Shown piece by piece: positions 28,908-38,762 of a stretch of 64,000 bases of DNA. The position numbers and the translations under genes were made by a program. The stretch's first letter is position 1. The number at the start of each line of letters is the position of its first letter. The notes below the pieces were generated by a model that was given only the letters and a program-made list of their open reading frames with translations, ran no database searches and was not told the origin of the DNA. The DNA is from Candidatus Omnitrophota bacterium (GTDB lineage Bacteria; Omnitrophota; Gorgyraeia; Zapsychrales; Zapsychraceae), in the NCBI GenBank assembly GCA_050250375.1, contig JBFWOS010000002.1, forward strand, positions 645,149 through 709,148, given 5' to 3'.

Positions 28908-29345
28908 TCAATCTTTCTTAAGAGCTTTTTCAAAATTTAAATTCTCAATATTTTGATTTATTCTTCCTCCCCAAAGATCTTTTCGCATTGCAATGACCGC
29001 CTGTTTATATGACTCAGGGGTTGGATCATTCAAGAAGTTATAACTTTTTAACAAAACATCATCTGAAGCATAAAGAATCATATTGTTCCATTCAGTTTTT
29101 AATTCTAAATATAGTCGCTCTTTTGAATTTAAGTCAGGTCTTTGAATTATAAGGAAATCTGACGAATCTTTATATTCCAGGTATCCATACATCAAAAGTA
29201 TGATGGCTTTATATCTCGTTTCTTTATATTGCTGCTTTTGTAGCGATACCGCTTTATTACGCTCCCAAATATTATTAAAGAAGGCGCCAATAATTCCTCC
29301 GATTCCAAGAAGGCTCAGTATTGGAATTATTTCGCTAATTATCAT
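28908..29345 (-). CDS. Hypothetical membrane-anchored protein
   Basis: 145 aa with N-terminal transmembrane helix IIPILSLLGIGGIIGAFF. No recognisable domain. Confidence 0.4.
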   Translation of the reverse strand: MIISEIIPILSLLGIGGIIGAFFNNIWERNKAVSLQKQQYKETRYKAIILLMYGYLEYKDSSDFLIIQRPDLNSKERLYLELKTEWNNMILYASDDVLLKSYNFLNDPTPESYKQAVIAMRKDLWGGRINQNIENLNFEKALKKD

Positions 29346-29462
29346 TATCGGTATCTCCGTTATCTCTAAATAGAATGTGCCCTATCAATTTCTGAGCAAT
29401 TTTCAGCATGGTCGTCCTTTTTCTTGCCCAATGGTCAGCCGAATGTCCATAGGTATATTTTT

Positions 29463-30302
29463 CTATTTCTTCCTTATCGTTTTTTCCGGCTGAGGCGGCA
29501 AGAAGTTATCCTTTGAAACAACTCTTTGCCCTGTTTTCTTCTCCAGATCTTTTCTTGCTTTTTTAGCAATGCCGCCGCCTTTTTTACCGGCAACTTTATT
29601 TTCCTCCATGCCGGTAGCCTGAACGCTTTCGGCAATTTGCCGTGTGGATAATTCTGCCAAGGCGGAAAAAATGAGTTCAGCCTCGGTCATATGATCGCGC
29701 AAATTTTGAGTCTTAAGACCTTTCATCTTTTTATGATCTTTGACGCTTAAATCAGACCATTCCTGATGGATGATATTGGTTAAAATGGCAAACTCGTCTT
29801 CCTTTTTGATTTCGTGGTCTTTCCAGTAATCTGTTAATTTATTGCGGGTCTCCTGGCCCATCATTCTCTGCTGAATCCACTTTTTGCTTCTGCCTTGTTT
29901 CTGCCAGTATTCACGCGAACGGTTAAGAGCTTTTTCAGGATCGGTTATTTCCTGCATTCTTTCATAGCCTACCTTTGCAAGCCATAATTTAATCGGTTCT
30001 GCTTTGGGGCTGGGGACAGATTGAACTAAACGAAGGATAGTTTCGACATCTGCGGTATCAGTCTTGTAGAATTTCCCATCACTGGACTGCATTTTCAGTT
30101 TGTCACATTTTGTGACAGACTCATTCCCTTCCTTTTTTAAACGGTTTTTAAGGGTAGTCCAATAGCTTTGCGCTTTTTTAAAATCTTTTTGTTCTATCAG
30201 AACCGCAATGATATCAATCACCGAAAAATACCAGGTATCGGTTTTCTCATCATAAATTCGACGAATTTTATAATTTTCGAACACTTCCAATGTGTTTTTC
30301 AT
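29463..30302 (-). CDS. DinD / Bro-N-like protein (DNA-damage-inducible protein D family)
   Basis: N-terminal Bro-N-like FENYKIRRIYDEKTDTWYFSVIDIIAVL. The C-terminal block KMKGLKTQNLRDHMTEAELIFSALAELSTRQI resembles E. coli DinD (KGLKKNQKILDHMGSTELAANLF...), compared from memory. Confidence 0.5.
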   Translation of the reverse strand: MKNTLEVFENYKIRRIYDEKTDTWYFSVIDIIAVLIEQKDFKKAQSYWTTLKNRLKKEGNESVTKCDKLKMQSSDGKFYKTDTADVETILRLVQSVPSPKAEPIKLWLAKVGYERMQEITDPEKALNRSREYWQKQGRSKKWIQQRMMGQETRNKLTDYWKDHEIKKEDEFAILTNIIHQEWSDLSVKDHKKMKGLKTQNLRDHMTEAELIFSALAELSTRQIAESVQATGMEENKVAGKKGGGIAKKARKDLEKKTGQRVVSKDNFLPPQPEKTIRKK

Positions 30303-30427
30303 TGCCTTATTTCCTGTTTAGATCTTACCATTTCGATATCTATAAACATTCTCACTAATTTCCAACACCGCTCATAAGTCTCACAAAGATTTTTTATTTG
30401 TACTTTGATCAATCATGGATCGTTCCG

Positions 30428-31084
30428 TTAATAACCCGAAAGACTTACGCCCTGTTGTTCAATCGTTTCCAATAAACCACGGACCCTGACCCGGCGCGCA
30501 TTGTCTTGACAGGTGGACATTACCGAATTGTAATACGCGGCCATTTCCTTATTATCCTTGGTCTTTTGGAAGATGGCGCGTCTTAAACCTTTGATTTTCG
30601 CAATCAGGTCTTCAGCATTGTAATCGCCGGGCAGGGGTTCGCTGTATTCCCCCAGTTTTTGCACGCAAGGCCGTAATGTCTCCTTGACCTTTTCGTCCCA
30701 CACATCAGACTCATCCTCAGAAAACCCGAGCTGCTTCAAACAATACTGCCTGTAATTTTTTAGGTCGCTGCAGTCTTTCGCCGTCAATGTTGTCACTTTT
30801 TTAACATAGTCGATGCATTGGCTGATGGATTGCCAGAGATTCAAATAATTGCAGGGCTTCAAAGACTTTTCTTCTTCAGCCAATTCCACGTAACACCAGC
30901 TGCGCTCTTCATCATCCTCGATGAGATCACACCGGTTCACCAGGCCGGCCTGCGCCCAGCTCAGGTGAGGCGTAAACAACAAAAATAAAATGGGTAACCC
31001 CGTCCAAAACGGCTGATATTTTACAGATTTTTTGTGTGTATCCATCATAGGGTTAATCCAACAAGGCTTCTTATTAAACGGCAA
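30428..31084 (-). CDS. Secreted cysteine-rich hypothetical protein; start probably the internal MMDTHKK
   Basis: Signal-peptide-like PILFLLFTPHLSWAQA and at least 8 Cys in about 180 aa. Confidence 0.45.
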   Translation of the reverse strand: MPFNKKPCWINPMMDTHKKSVKYQPFWTGLPILFLLFTPHLSWAQAGLVNRCDLIEDDEERSWCYVELAEEEKSLKPCNYLNLWQSISQCIDYVKKVTTLTAKDCSDLKNYRQYCLKQLGFSEDESDVWDEKVKETLRPCVQKLGEYSEPLPGDYNAEDLIAKIKGLRRAIFQKTKDNKEMAAYYNSVMSTCQDNARRVRVRGLLETIEQQGVSLSGY

Positions 31085-31197
31085 TTATACACCTTATCAG
31101 ATATTCACGCAAGGCGGGTTTTGGAAGGAATGAGACAACCGTTATTTTAGTGGAAACAGGCTGGAAAACATTGTTTTAGGAGAAACGGTACTTTTTT
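31063..31197 (+). repeat. Intergenic direct repeat copy 2
   Basis: The first ~70 nt (aaggcttcttattaaacggcaattatacacc...ggaaggaatg) are identical to copy 3. Confidence 0.85.
31084..31112 (-). promoter_or_regulatory. Sigma70-like promoter inside repeat copy 2, reading toward gene 30428-31084
   Basis: TTGCGT-N17-TATAAT on the minus strand (plus strand attata 31084-31089, acgcaa 31107-31112). Confidence 0.45.
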
Positions 31198-31245
31198 CCC
31201 AATATGTTATGACAAACTTTGGAAGTTGGTCAACGGTGGGTAGAA

Positions 31246-32058
31246 TCACCCAACATCATTGAGGAGTGACCAGTAAACGATGTGGTTCAACCATGATCGG
31301 GGAATTATCGGGTGTAGGTGATACAGCACCCGGTTGGAAAGTCCTGGAATGATGAGGGTGCGGCGTTTTTTCATGCCGTTGTAAGCTGTACGAACCAATT
31401 CAGAAGCCAAAGGCATTTGTCGATAACGTGCTTGACTATAGCTTCCATCAAAGGCCCTTTCCTGGAATTCTGATCGAAAACGCCCCGGACAAAAACTGCT
31501 TACGCAGACACCGGAATTTCGCAATTCATAGGCCAGAGATCTTGAAAATGATAACATACAGGCTTTGCTGGCGAAATATTCGGCTTCCAAAGGACCTGGC
31601 AAAAATGCGGCCATCGAAGCGACGTTTAAGATATGTCCGCTTTTTCTTTTTTTCATCTCCGGAATGAATACATGACATAATTCCATTGCGGTAATGACGT
31701 TGACCTGCATCATTTTATGGATTTGAGAAAAATCGCTTACTACAAATTCGCCAAAGGATCCAAATCCGGCATTGTTGACAAGAACGTCGACCGTAACGCC
31801 AGTGCTTTTGAGTTCCTGTGCAATTTCAAAGGATGCCCCGGGTTGGCTCAAATCTTTAACAAGAATTTCGACATTTAACTTGTTTTTAAGCAGAAGCTCC
31901 TGTTTTATCTCTTTCAGGCGCTCTTGACGACGGGCAATAAGAATCAGGTCGTGCCCTTTTTCTGCAAAAATGCGGGCTAAATCCAAACCCAACCCGCTGG
32001 ATGCTCCGGTTATTAGGGCCGTTTTACGCATAGGCCCTGAAATGAACAACTGTTTCAC
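31246..32058 (-). CDS. Short-chain dehydrogenase/reductase
   Basis: ALITGASSGLG Rossmann motif and YFASKA catalytic motif. Last gene of the PKS operon. Confidence 0.75.
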   Translation of the reverse strand: MKQLFISGPMRKTALITGASSGLGLDLARIFAEKGHDLILIARRQERLKEIKQELLLKNKLNVEILVKDLSQPGASFEIAQELKSTGVTVDVLVNNAGFGSFGEFVVSDFSQIHKMMQVNVITAMELCHVFIPEMKKRKSGHILNVASMAAFLPGPLEAEYFASKACMLSFSRSLAYELRNSGVCVSSFCPGRFRSEFQERAFDGSYSQARYRQMPLASELVRTAYNGMKKRRTLIIPGLSNRVLYHLHPIIPRSWLNHIVYWSLLNDVG

Positions 32059-32791
32059 TCATATACGTGAACATCTCGATATTTTTCAGGCCGCAGTTTT
32101 CGAGAATTGTTTTCAATTCCTCCGGCGGCGGAAAACATTTATTTGATTCCGGAAGATATTGAAAAGAATTAAACTCTCCCCGATGAAAAATATGTTTTCC
32201 CAAAAAAGGCAATACATTCTCAAAGTAAGCCCGGTAAAGAAACGTTTTGACCGGGCCCGTTGGCTTGCCTAAATCAATGATGTTTATGACTCCCCCGGGT
32301 TTGACAACCCGTTTCATTTCTTTGATGCCTTGAACAGGGTCCATTAAATTGCGTAGTCCATAACTCATAAAGACCGCATCAAACATCTTATCTTCAAATT
32401 TTAGCGCTTGAGCATCGGAAATTTTAAACTCAATACTGCTGTTTGCTTTGGCCCTCATCTGTGCGATATCGAGCATTTTCTCGGCGACATCAACGCCGAT
32501 GACATGAGAGCGGGGAAATATTTCTGCAATCAAAAAAGCGATATCCCCTGTTCCGGTGCAAATGTCCAGAACAAGATCGCCGTTTTGAATCCCCGAACAT
32601 CGCACCGCATGTGTTTTGTAGCGGTCTTGCAGGCCGAACGTCAGCACTTGATTCAGAGTGTCGTATTTTGGAGCAAGGCCGTTAAAAAATTTACGGTTAT
32701 ATTCGGCCCAGTTTTTTGCTGTAAAATATTTGCGAAAACCCACCTGATCGATCAATTTGTTTTTATCCATTAGATCAAACGACGTATTCAT
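32024..32791 (-). CDS. Class I SAM-dependent methyltransferase, UbiE/MenG-like
   Basis: LDICTGTGDIA motif I and PGGVINIID post-motif. Overlaps its neighbours on both sides. Confidence 0.8.
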   Translation of the reverse strand: MNTSFDLMDKNKLIDQVGFRKYFTAKNWAEYNRKFFNGLAPKYDTLNQVLTFGLQDRYKTHAVRCSGIQNGDLVLDICTGTGDIAFLIAEIFPRSHVIGVDVAEKMLDIAQMRAKANSSIEFKISDAQALKFEDKMFDAVFMSYGLRNLMDPVQGIKEMKRVVKPGGVINIIDLGKPTGPVKTFLYRAYFENVLPFLGKHIFHRGEFNSFQYLPESNKCFPPPEELKTILENCGLKNIEMFTYMSETVVHFRAYA

Positions 32792-33878
32792 ACTGTTTCT
32801 CTCCTTTCACCTGATTTTTTACTTTTGCGTCCTGCCATTCGGCCAAGCAACCGAACGCTGTCAACCCGGCACCAAATGCAAAGATACCGACCTGATCGCT
32901 GTCTTGGCATGTATTTTGTGCCAGGATATCTTTGAGGACATACAACACACTCGGGGACGACATGTTTCCGTAACGGGCGAGTACCGAACGTGAATAATCA
33001 AACGTATCCGGTTCAAACGGGTGGATTGATTCAATCGCATCAAGAATCGCACGTCCTCCCGGATGAACGGCAAGATAATCAAGATCCAATGTAAAATCTC
33101 GCGTTAATTTTTTATAAACCTGATAAAAAGCGGAAGCGGCTAATCCCGGGACCTCTTTTTTTAAGACATTCATTAAGCGGCCATTTTTTGTCACGTAGCG
33201 CAGGTCATCACGGTATTGCGGCCAAAGGATGGACTGGAATTCTTTGATCAGCAAACCGGTTGAGCGTTCTTTGTTTGTCATTAGGCAGGCCGCCGCTCCG
33301 TCACCAAAAATGGAATTGGAAATGATCAAGTCAAGATTTTCGCTCCAATATGATGTTGCTGTACAAATCTCCACCGCTAAGACAATGACATTGGCATGCG
33401 GGTGAGTGTTGAGATACTGCCAGGCCGATTTCATTCCCGGTACGGCCGCCCCGCAACCTGTTCCAACTATATCAAGCGCGTAAATATTTTCTTTTAATCC
33501 GGCGGCCTGGGAAATATAAGAAGTCAATCCCGGGCAAAGGTAACCTGTGCAAGTCGTAATGACAATACCGTCAATGTCATCTGGAATCAGTCCTGTTTGA
33601 TCAAGTAAACGTCTGACGGCCTCTGTTCCAAGTTTAGTCGCCTGAACCTGAAAACGATGGATGGCCTCGTCCTGAGTTTCCTCAAATAATTTTTCCGGCT
33701 CATCATCAATAGCCACATAGCGGGTATGTATGGACGGCTCGGCAAGAAATTTGCTGTAAAGCCGTTTTTCCTTCTTAGAACGCAACGGTGAGTTAAGGAT
33801 TCGCTCAAGAATAGCTTTTTGAGTTAACTTCAGAGGCGGGTTAGCGGTGGCAATATCGACCAATTTAACGGAAACCAT
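32775..33878 (-). CDS. Type III polyketide synthase (chalcone/stilbene synthase superfamily)
   Basis: Active-site region ITTCTGYLCPGLTSY resembles bacterial RppA-type TSCTGFMMPSLTA. C-terminal FAFGAGLTAFG approximates the GFGPGLT motif. 367 aa. Confidence 0.78.
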   Translation of the reverse strand: MVSVKLVDIATANPPLKLTQKAILERILNSPLRSKKEKRLYSKFLAEPSIHTRYVAIDDEPEKLFEETQDEAIHRFQVQATKLGTEAVRRLLDQTGLIPDDIDGIVITTCTGYLCPGLTSYISQAAGLKENIYALDIVGTGCGAAVPGMKSAWQYLNTHPHANVIVLAVEICTATSYWSENLDLIISNSIFGDGAAACLMTNKERSTGLLIKEFQSILWPQYRDDLRYVTKNGRLMNVLKKEVPGLAASAFYQVYKKLTRDFTLDLDYLAVHPGGRAILDAIESIHPFEPDTFDYSRSVLARYGNMSSPSVLYVLKDILAQNTCQDSDQVGIFAFGAGLTAFGCLAEWQDAKVKNQVKGEKQYEYVV

Positions 33879-35037
33879 AAGGACTCCTTTGCGACGTAAA
33901 AGCAGATGATTGATGAAATGTGTTAAATAAACTGTTTATATTTTTCTCGCGCCACTTAAGCACGCGGATAATCATGTTAGATGCATTCTTGTCGTGGCCG
34001 ATTGACCCGATCATTTTTGATAAACGGATCGGCCAGGCAAAACGACGTTTGAATGTTTTTTCATAAACACGGGCTACGGATGACCGGTCAACCTCCCCCG
34101 GACGGGTAGAACCGAGCAGGCCTCCTAAAAGGATGCCGCTATTTAAAGCCAAAGAAATGCCGCCTCCTGCAACAGGATGAATCAAAGCCGCAGCGTCACC
34201 GACATAAAAGGCGTTTCCATCGAAAAACCGGCTGCGGCGATTCATATCAACGAAAATCCCCTTCCATGGGCTGAGCAGACGGGACGAACCCATCTGCCGG
34301 CTTAAACACGGATTGGAGGAAAGTAAGTGAGACCAAATATTTTCGTACTTCCCCTTCAGCTGTTTAAAAAGAGAACCTTTAATGACATAACAGACGTTTA
34401 CGGCATTATTTTCAAAACGGTTAATGCCGACATGTCCCCGATCGATAAAGTGCATAATCACATCACTGCCCATATTTTGGCACGAATCAAACAGGCCAAA
34501 GACGCCAAACAACCGTGATGGGGAATTCTGTAATCCGGTTTCAGGAATGCCGCCATTGGCATAAATAAGATGCCGGACTTTGATGTCGTTTTGTATTGCA
34601 GCCTTTGATTTGGTAAGTGTCAATTGACACATCTGTGGCGTATGAACGATGTTTTTCGCCACGCACGCATCTTCAAAGATAACTCCCAAGCTTTTGGCTT
34701 TTTGAACCATGATGTCATCTAAAGATTTGCGGCTGAACCCTAAACCTGAATGGGAATTACTGTCGGTAAGTAATGGCACCCGGATGAATTGTCCATTGGA
34801 CGCACTTAAATGGACGTGTGTCACTTCCAGGGCCCCTTTCTCCATGATTTCGTCAAGGATACCGTAACGCACAAAGATAGACCTATTCTCAGGGCCAATA
34901 AAACCTCCGCACACTTTGTCTCTCGGAAAAGATGATTTTTCGATTAAAACGACTTTCCATCCTTTCGATGCCAACTCCATCGATGTCGCGAGCCCTGCCG
35001 GGCCGGCACCAATAATAGCCGCGTCGTAATAGTTCAT
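33865..35037 (-). CDS. FAD-dependent oxidoreductase/monooxygenase (geranylgeranyl-reductase-like)
   Basis: AAIIGAGPAGLATSMEL dinucleotide-binding motif and a GG-reductase-like core. Confidence 0.75.
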   Translation of the reverse strand: MNYYDAAIIGAGPAGLATSMELASKGWKVVLIEKSSFPRDKVCGGFIGPENRSIFVRYGILDEIMEKGALEVTHVHLSASNGQFIRVPLLTDSNSHSGLGFSRKSLDDIMVQKAKSLGVIFEDACVAKNIVHTPQMCQLTLTKSKAAIQNDIKVRHLIYANGGIPETGLQNSPSRLFGVFGLFDSCQNMGSDVIMHFIDRGHVGINRFENNAVNVCYVIKGSLFKQLKGKYENIWSHLLSSNPCLSRQMGSSRLLSPWKGIFVDMNRRSRFFDGNAFYVGDAAALIHPVAGGGISLALNSGILLGGLLGSTRPGEVDRSSVARVYEKTFKRRFAWPIRLSKMIGSIGHDKNASNMIIRVLKWREKNINSLFNTFHQSSAFTSQRSPYGFR

Positions 35038-35624
35038 GATGAAATCTCTTTAAGAAGCGACTGAAAGTGTATATGGACGGTGTCAAACACCCGGATTAAC
35101 ATCAAAACAGACGGCGGTTTGAGATTTAACGCCTTCAGGCTTAAATCGACGTCTCCGCTCAGCACAATTCCCTCTTCTGTTTCCGCAATCACAACAGGTA
35201 TTTCAATATTCTGTGATTGATCTTTAATGGTCAGCTGTCCTTTTAAAACATAGCTTCGTGGGCGGCTGTCCTTTGATGCCTGGGGCATCACCGTAGAGAA
35301 AGAATAACGGATGTCAGGAAAATGTTTGCTATCGAACATCAAGAACATTTGTTCGTCGCGCTTTTCATTCTGTGTATCCAGGGAAGATGTTTCAACATGA
35401 ACATCCCCTGATTCAAGAAAATGGTCTGATTCAGAATCTGTCTGAAATGTCCCTTTAAATCGGTGCGCCTTTCCTTCAACCTCGTGCAGTGTGGAGCGGA
35501 AGGAAAACTTAATGAGGCTTTGGCTCGTATCAATGGCATAAGTCGTCTGGTCAGCCATAACCGGCTTCAAAAACATGATTCCTGAAAGAGTGATAATGCC
35601 GAATACGATAAAGATGTTTTTCAT
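35034..35624 (-). CDS. YceI-like periplasmic lipid/polyisoprenoid-binding protein
   Basis: Start at MKNIFIVFG (signal peptide) with AAGGAGG 7 nt upstream. YceI-like beta-barrel region LIKFSFRSTLHEVEGKA. The ORF track extends to 35720 through the Shine-Dalgarno sequence. Confidence 0.65.
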   Translation of the reverse strand: MKNIFIVFGIITLSGIMFLKPVMADQTTYAIDTSQSLIKFSFRSTLHEVEGKAHRFKGTFQTDSESDHFLESGDVHVETSSLDTQNEKRDEQMFLMFDSKHFPDIRYSFSTVMPQASKDSRPRSYVLKGQLTIKDQSQNIEIPVVIAETEEGIVLSGDVDLSLKALNLKPPSVLMLIRVFDTVHIHFQSLLKEISS

Positions 35625-35776
35625 GGTGGTCCTCCTTAAAGGGATAGTATGCCTGAGTAAATCCAACAAATCACCCGGAGAATAGCGATCGGCCTGAAAA
35701 AACAATGAAAAAAATGTCACTGGAAGGAAGAATCCCGCAAATTTTTGCAGGGTGACGTTCAGGAGAGAATTTTTGT

Positions 35777-36331
35777 TTAGGAAATTCCGTACTTTTTCAG
35801 TTTATACCATAAGGTCCGTTCGGAAATTTTCAACAGTTTCGCGGCTTGAGCCTTGACATGGCCGGATTGTTCGAGGGCTTTGATGATCAATTCTTTTTCC
35901 CGCTGAGAAACACCTTCATCAAGCGATAGTAAAGGCTGTGTTGCGGTACCGGGTTGGGGATATTTTTGCAGGATTTCACGGATTAACTTTTCTAAATCAT
36001 CAACCGTAAAAGGCTTCTGAATATAATCATCCGCCCCGTGCTTAAGCGATTTTACAGCCGTATCAACATCCGAATGCGCGGTCATCACGATAATGGGCAG
36101 GTCAATGTTCAGGCGTTCCAATTCGTAGATCAGTTCAACGCCGGACATCCCAGGCAACCGTATATCGGTCAGCAGAATATCGACCGCTTTATTGAAGATA
36201 ATATCCAAGGCTTCTTCTGCTGTCGTCGCTGTCAGAACGTTAAACCCCAGAGGCTTAAATCCGAGGCGCAAGACGCGTAAAAGCCGCTCTTCGTCATCAA
36301 CAATCAATAAATTAACTACCGGCTGAGACAT
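35777..36331 (-). CDS. Response regulator, REC plus Fis-type HTH, no sigma54 AAA domain
   Basis: LLIVDDEE...DILLTDIRLPGMSG receiver domain and C-terminal HTH (GHVKAQAAKLLKISERTLWYKLKKYGI). Likely start at MSQPVVNL. Confidence 0.75.
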   Translation of the reverse strand: MSQPVVNLLIVDDEERLLRVLRLGFKPLGFNVLTATTAEEALDIIFNKAVDILLTDIRLPGMSGVELIYELERLNIDLPIIVMTAHSDVDTAVKSLKHGADDYIQKPFTVDDLEKLIREILQKYPQPGTATQPLLSLDEGVSQREKELIIKALEQSGHVKAQAAKLLKISERTLWYKLKKYGIS

Positions 36332-37634
36332 TGGAATTTTCCTTGGCTTTTTTAAATAATAAGGTGACCGTTGTTCCTTTTTCCGGGATCGACGTAAGCG
36401 CAATATGCCCCTTATTATTTTCGACAATTTTCTTGGCGACGAAGAGTCCAAGACCAGAACCATTTTCTTTTGTTGTTACAAATGGGTCAAAGACTTTATT
36501 GATGATCTTAGGATCGATGCCGCGGCCTGAATCACTGATAATTATTTCATAGATTCCTTTATTTGCAGAAGTTGTGATGGTGACCTCTTTGTCCGGACGG
36601 GAAGCTTGGATGGCGTTAAGGATGATGTTGATCAAGACTTGTTTCAATTGATCTCGGTCGCATAATATCCGCTGGCCGGCCGCTTTATTGGAGAACAGAA
36701 GGCGCACGCTGTGTTTTTTGCCAACCCCAACTAAGAGCTGAATAACCTGTTGAATGGTTTCGGCAGGATCTTCATCCGGTATGATTTTTTTCGCAGTTAT
36801 ATTTAATTGAAGGAGTTGGTCAATCAGACCATTAATTCGATCCGCCTCTTCGATCAGATATCCTGAAATCTCATACTCCTCGGAATCAGCAGGAAGTTTT
36901 TTCTTAATAACAGAGGCCGATGATTTAATGATACTCAGCGGATTACGAATTTCATGGGAAAGACTTTGGGCTATGAGGCCAATAGTCTGATTCTTTTCAT
37001 TGTTAATTAGGGACAGGGTATTTTTGTTGATCACGTGAATAAACCAGGTCGCCACTCCGGTCAGAAAAAGGAGAAAAACGACGGTCATGATTGTCATCGG
37101 GAGCAGGATTTGCTGTTTTGTTTCTTCCGCAGAGTTCGCGGCCTCGCCTATTTCCTGGATATAAAAACCTTGTAAGTTCATCGAAGCCAGGCGCATGGAC
37201 TGTAATTGTTGAATGACATGTTGTTTGAACGCAATTGAAGCAGAGGGTGCCTTAAGAGTTTCCAAGAGGATCTGGAAGTTATCAGCAATTTTCAGGTAAT
37301 CTTTATTTTCCGCGATGCTGTGGCTTGCTTCTTCATACTCTTCCAAACGGACGGAAGACTGCCGTATTTCATCCAATTCTTGTGATAATTGTTCCAAGGT
37401 GGCTAAATCGATCTTTTCCAGGGGCGCATTATTTTCAAGTTGCGATATGTCAGCGATAATTTCTTCTGTTTCATTGATAAAAGCGGTTACAACCTTAAGC
37501 TCCCTCCATTCTTCATCCAGACGTTGATGGGCGGTGTTCATCGCGAAGATTCTATTAAAAATAACACCCGCGCCGATTACGACAAATAAAAGAATGATGA
37601 AAATATATAATCTGACCTGGTGAGTTAGCTTCAT
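36312..37634 (-). CDS. Sensor histidine kinase
   Basis: Two transmembrane helices, HisKA H-box LSHEIRNPL and HATPase_c (DSGRGI...GSGLGL). Confidence 0.8.
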   Translation of the reverse strand: MKLTHQVRLYIFIILLFVVIGAGVIFNRIFAMNTAHQRLDEEWRELKVVTAFINETEEIIADISQLENNAPLEKIDLATLEQLSQELDEIRQSSVRLEEYEEASHSIAENKDYLKIADNFQILLETLKAPSASIAFKQHVIQQLQSMRLASMNLQGFYIQEIGEAANSAEETKQQILLPMTIMTVVFLLFLTGVATWFIHVINKNTLSLINNEKNQTIGLIAQSLSHEIRNPLSIIKSSASVIKKKLPADSEEYEISGYLIEEADRINGLIDQLLQLNITAKKIIPDEDPAETIQQVIQLLVGVGKKHSVRLLFSNKAAGQRILCDRDQLKQVLINIILNAIQASRPDKEVTITTSANKGIYEIIISDSGRGIDPKIINKVFDPFVTTKENGSGLGLFVAKKIVENNKGHIALTSIPEKGTTVTLLFKKAKENSNVSAGS

Positions 37635-37808
37635 AAAGAATTAGAATCATTTTTGTATTAGAGGGATACAATTGGCCTTAATTAATTCCCTGCTCGATTG
37701 GCGCTTCAGTGATATTTTCTTTTACTATTCTTTTTTGCAACCATCGGGCGCACATCTTCACAATAAAAATTGCTTTTTCGGGTGTGTCGTTCATAGGGGC
37801 AATTCACG

Positions 37809-37933
37809 AAGGCTTCTTATTAAACGGCAATTATACACCTTATCAGATATTCACGCAAGGCGGGTTTTGGAAGGAATGTTAAGACCGTTATTTTAGTGGA
37901 AACAGACTGGAAAGTATTTATTTAAGAGAAACG
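37809..37933 (+). repeat. Intergenic direct repeat copy 3
   Basis: See copy 2. Lies in the divergent region between the HK gene and the EPS operon. Confidence 0.85.
37830..37858 (-). promoter_or_regulatory. Sigma70-like promoter inside repeat copy 3, reading toward the HK/RR/PKS genes
   Basis: TTGCGT-N17-TATAAT on the minus strand (plus strand attata 37830-37835, acgcaa 37853-37858). Confidence 0.45.
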
Positions 37934-38069
37934 ACTTTCCTGTCCCGCGTAAAGCCTGACAAGACTGCCAATCCACATTAACCCGAGTTAATGTTTCTTT
38001 AATCTTAATTTAATACACAATCTGTTAATATCTCGCAAGGGTTGAGCATTACTCGGAAGGTGTAGGCCT

Positions 38070-38762
38070 ATGAGACAAAAAATTCGGATGTGGCCTTGGA
38101 TGATTGTCGGGATACTGATTGTGGTTGATACCTATCTGGTCTTTGAAACGACGCATACATTCTATAAACACTATCATATAGGCCGGCGTCTTTATGATGA
38201 AGGGAAATATTCCCAGGCCCTGCCTCATCTTTTAGGAGCTTATCGTATGAGCCCGGAGAACAAAAATGTTGGCTGGAAACTGATTTCGGCTTTCCAGCAG
38301 CTTGGACGGGAAGCCGAAGCGCGCCGTGTTCTCGAAAGACTGAGTGCCCGGACTTCGGTAAACCTTGAAGCCATCGAGCAATTGGGCGACATGTCGTATT
38401 CGACGAAGGCATATTCCCTGGCACGCCACCAATATTATCGAATACTACTGCGTAAACCATCTGATGAAATCCGAAAAAAGTATGCCTTGGCGCTTTTCGC
38501 GGAAGAAAACTATGTTGCGGCCCTTCAGCAAATGGACATTCTTTTGGCAAAAAAATCAGATGATTTTGATCTCCGTTTTCAACACGCACAAATCATTGCA
38601 GCTTTGGGAGATCATGATCGGGCGAGTCGCGAACTCAATTCATTAAGGGATGATGGGTACACAAAAAAAGAGGCGCTCATTTTGCTGGCGGACCAGCTCC
38701 GCCATCTCGGACGGGAAGAAGAAGCAATAAAAATATATCGGGAGGTATTCAATGAAAGCTAA
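38070..38762 (+). CDS. TPR-repeat protein with N-terminal transmembrane anchor
   Basis: One transmembrane helix (WMIVGILIVV) then TPR-like helical repeats. Its C-terminal about 130 aa is paralogous to the C-terminus of the next gene. Confidence 0.6.
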   Translation: MRQKIRMWPWMIVGILIVVDTYLVFETTHTFYKHYHIGRRLYDEGKYSQALPHLLGAYRMSPENKNVGWKLISAFQQLGREAEARRVLERLSARTSVNLEAIEQLGDMSYSTKAYSLARHQYYRILLRKPSDEIRKKYALALFAEENYVAALQQMDILLAKKSDDFDLRFQHAQIIAALGDHDRASRELNSLRDDGYTKKEALILLADQLRHLGREEEAIKIYREVFNES

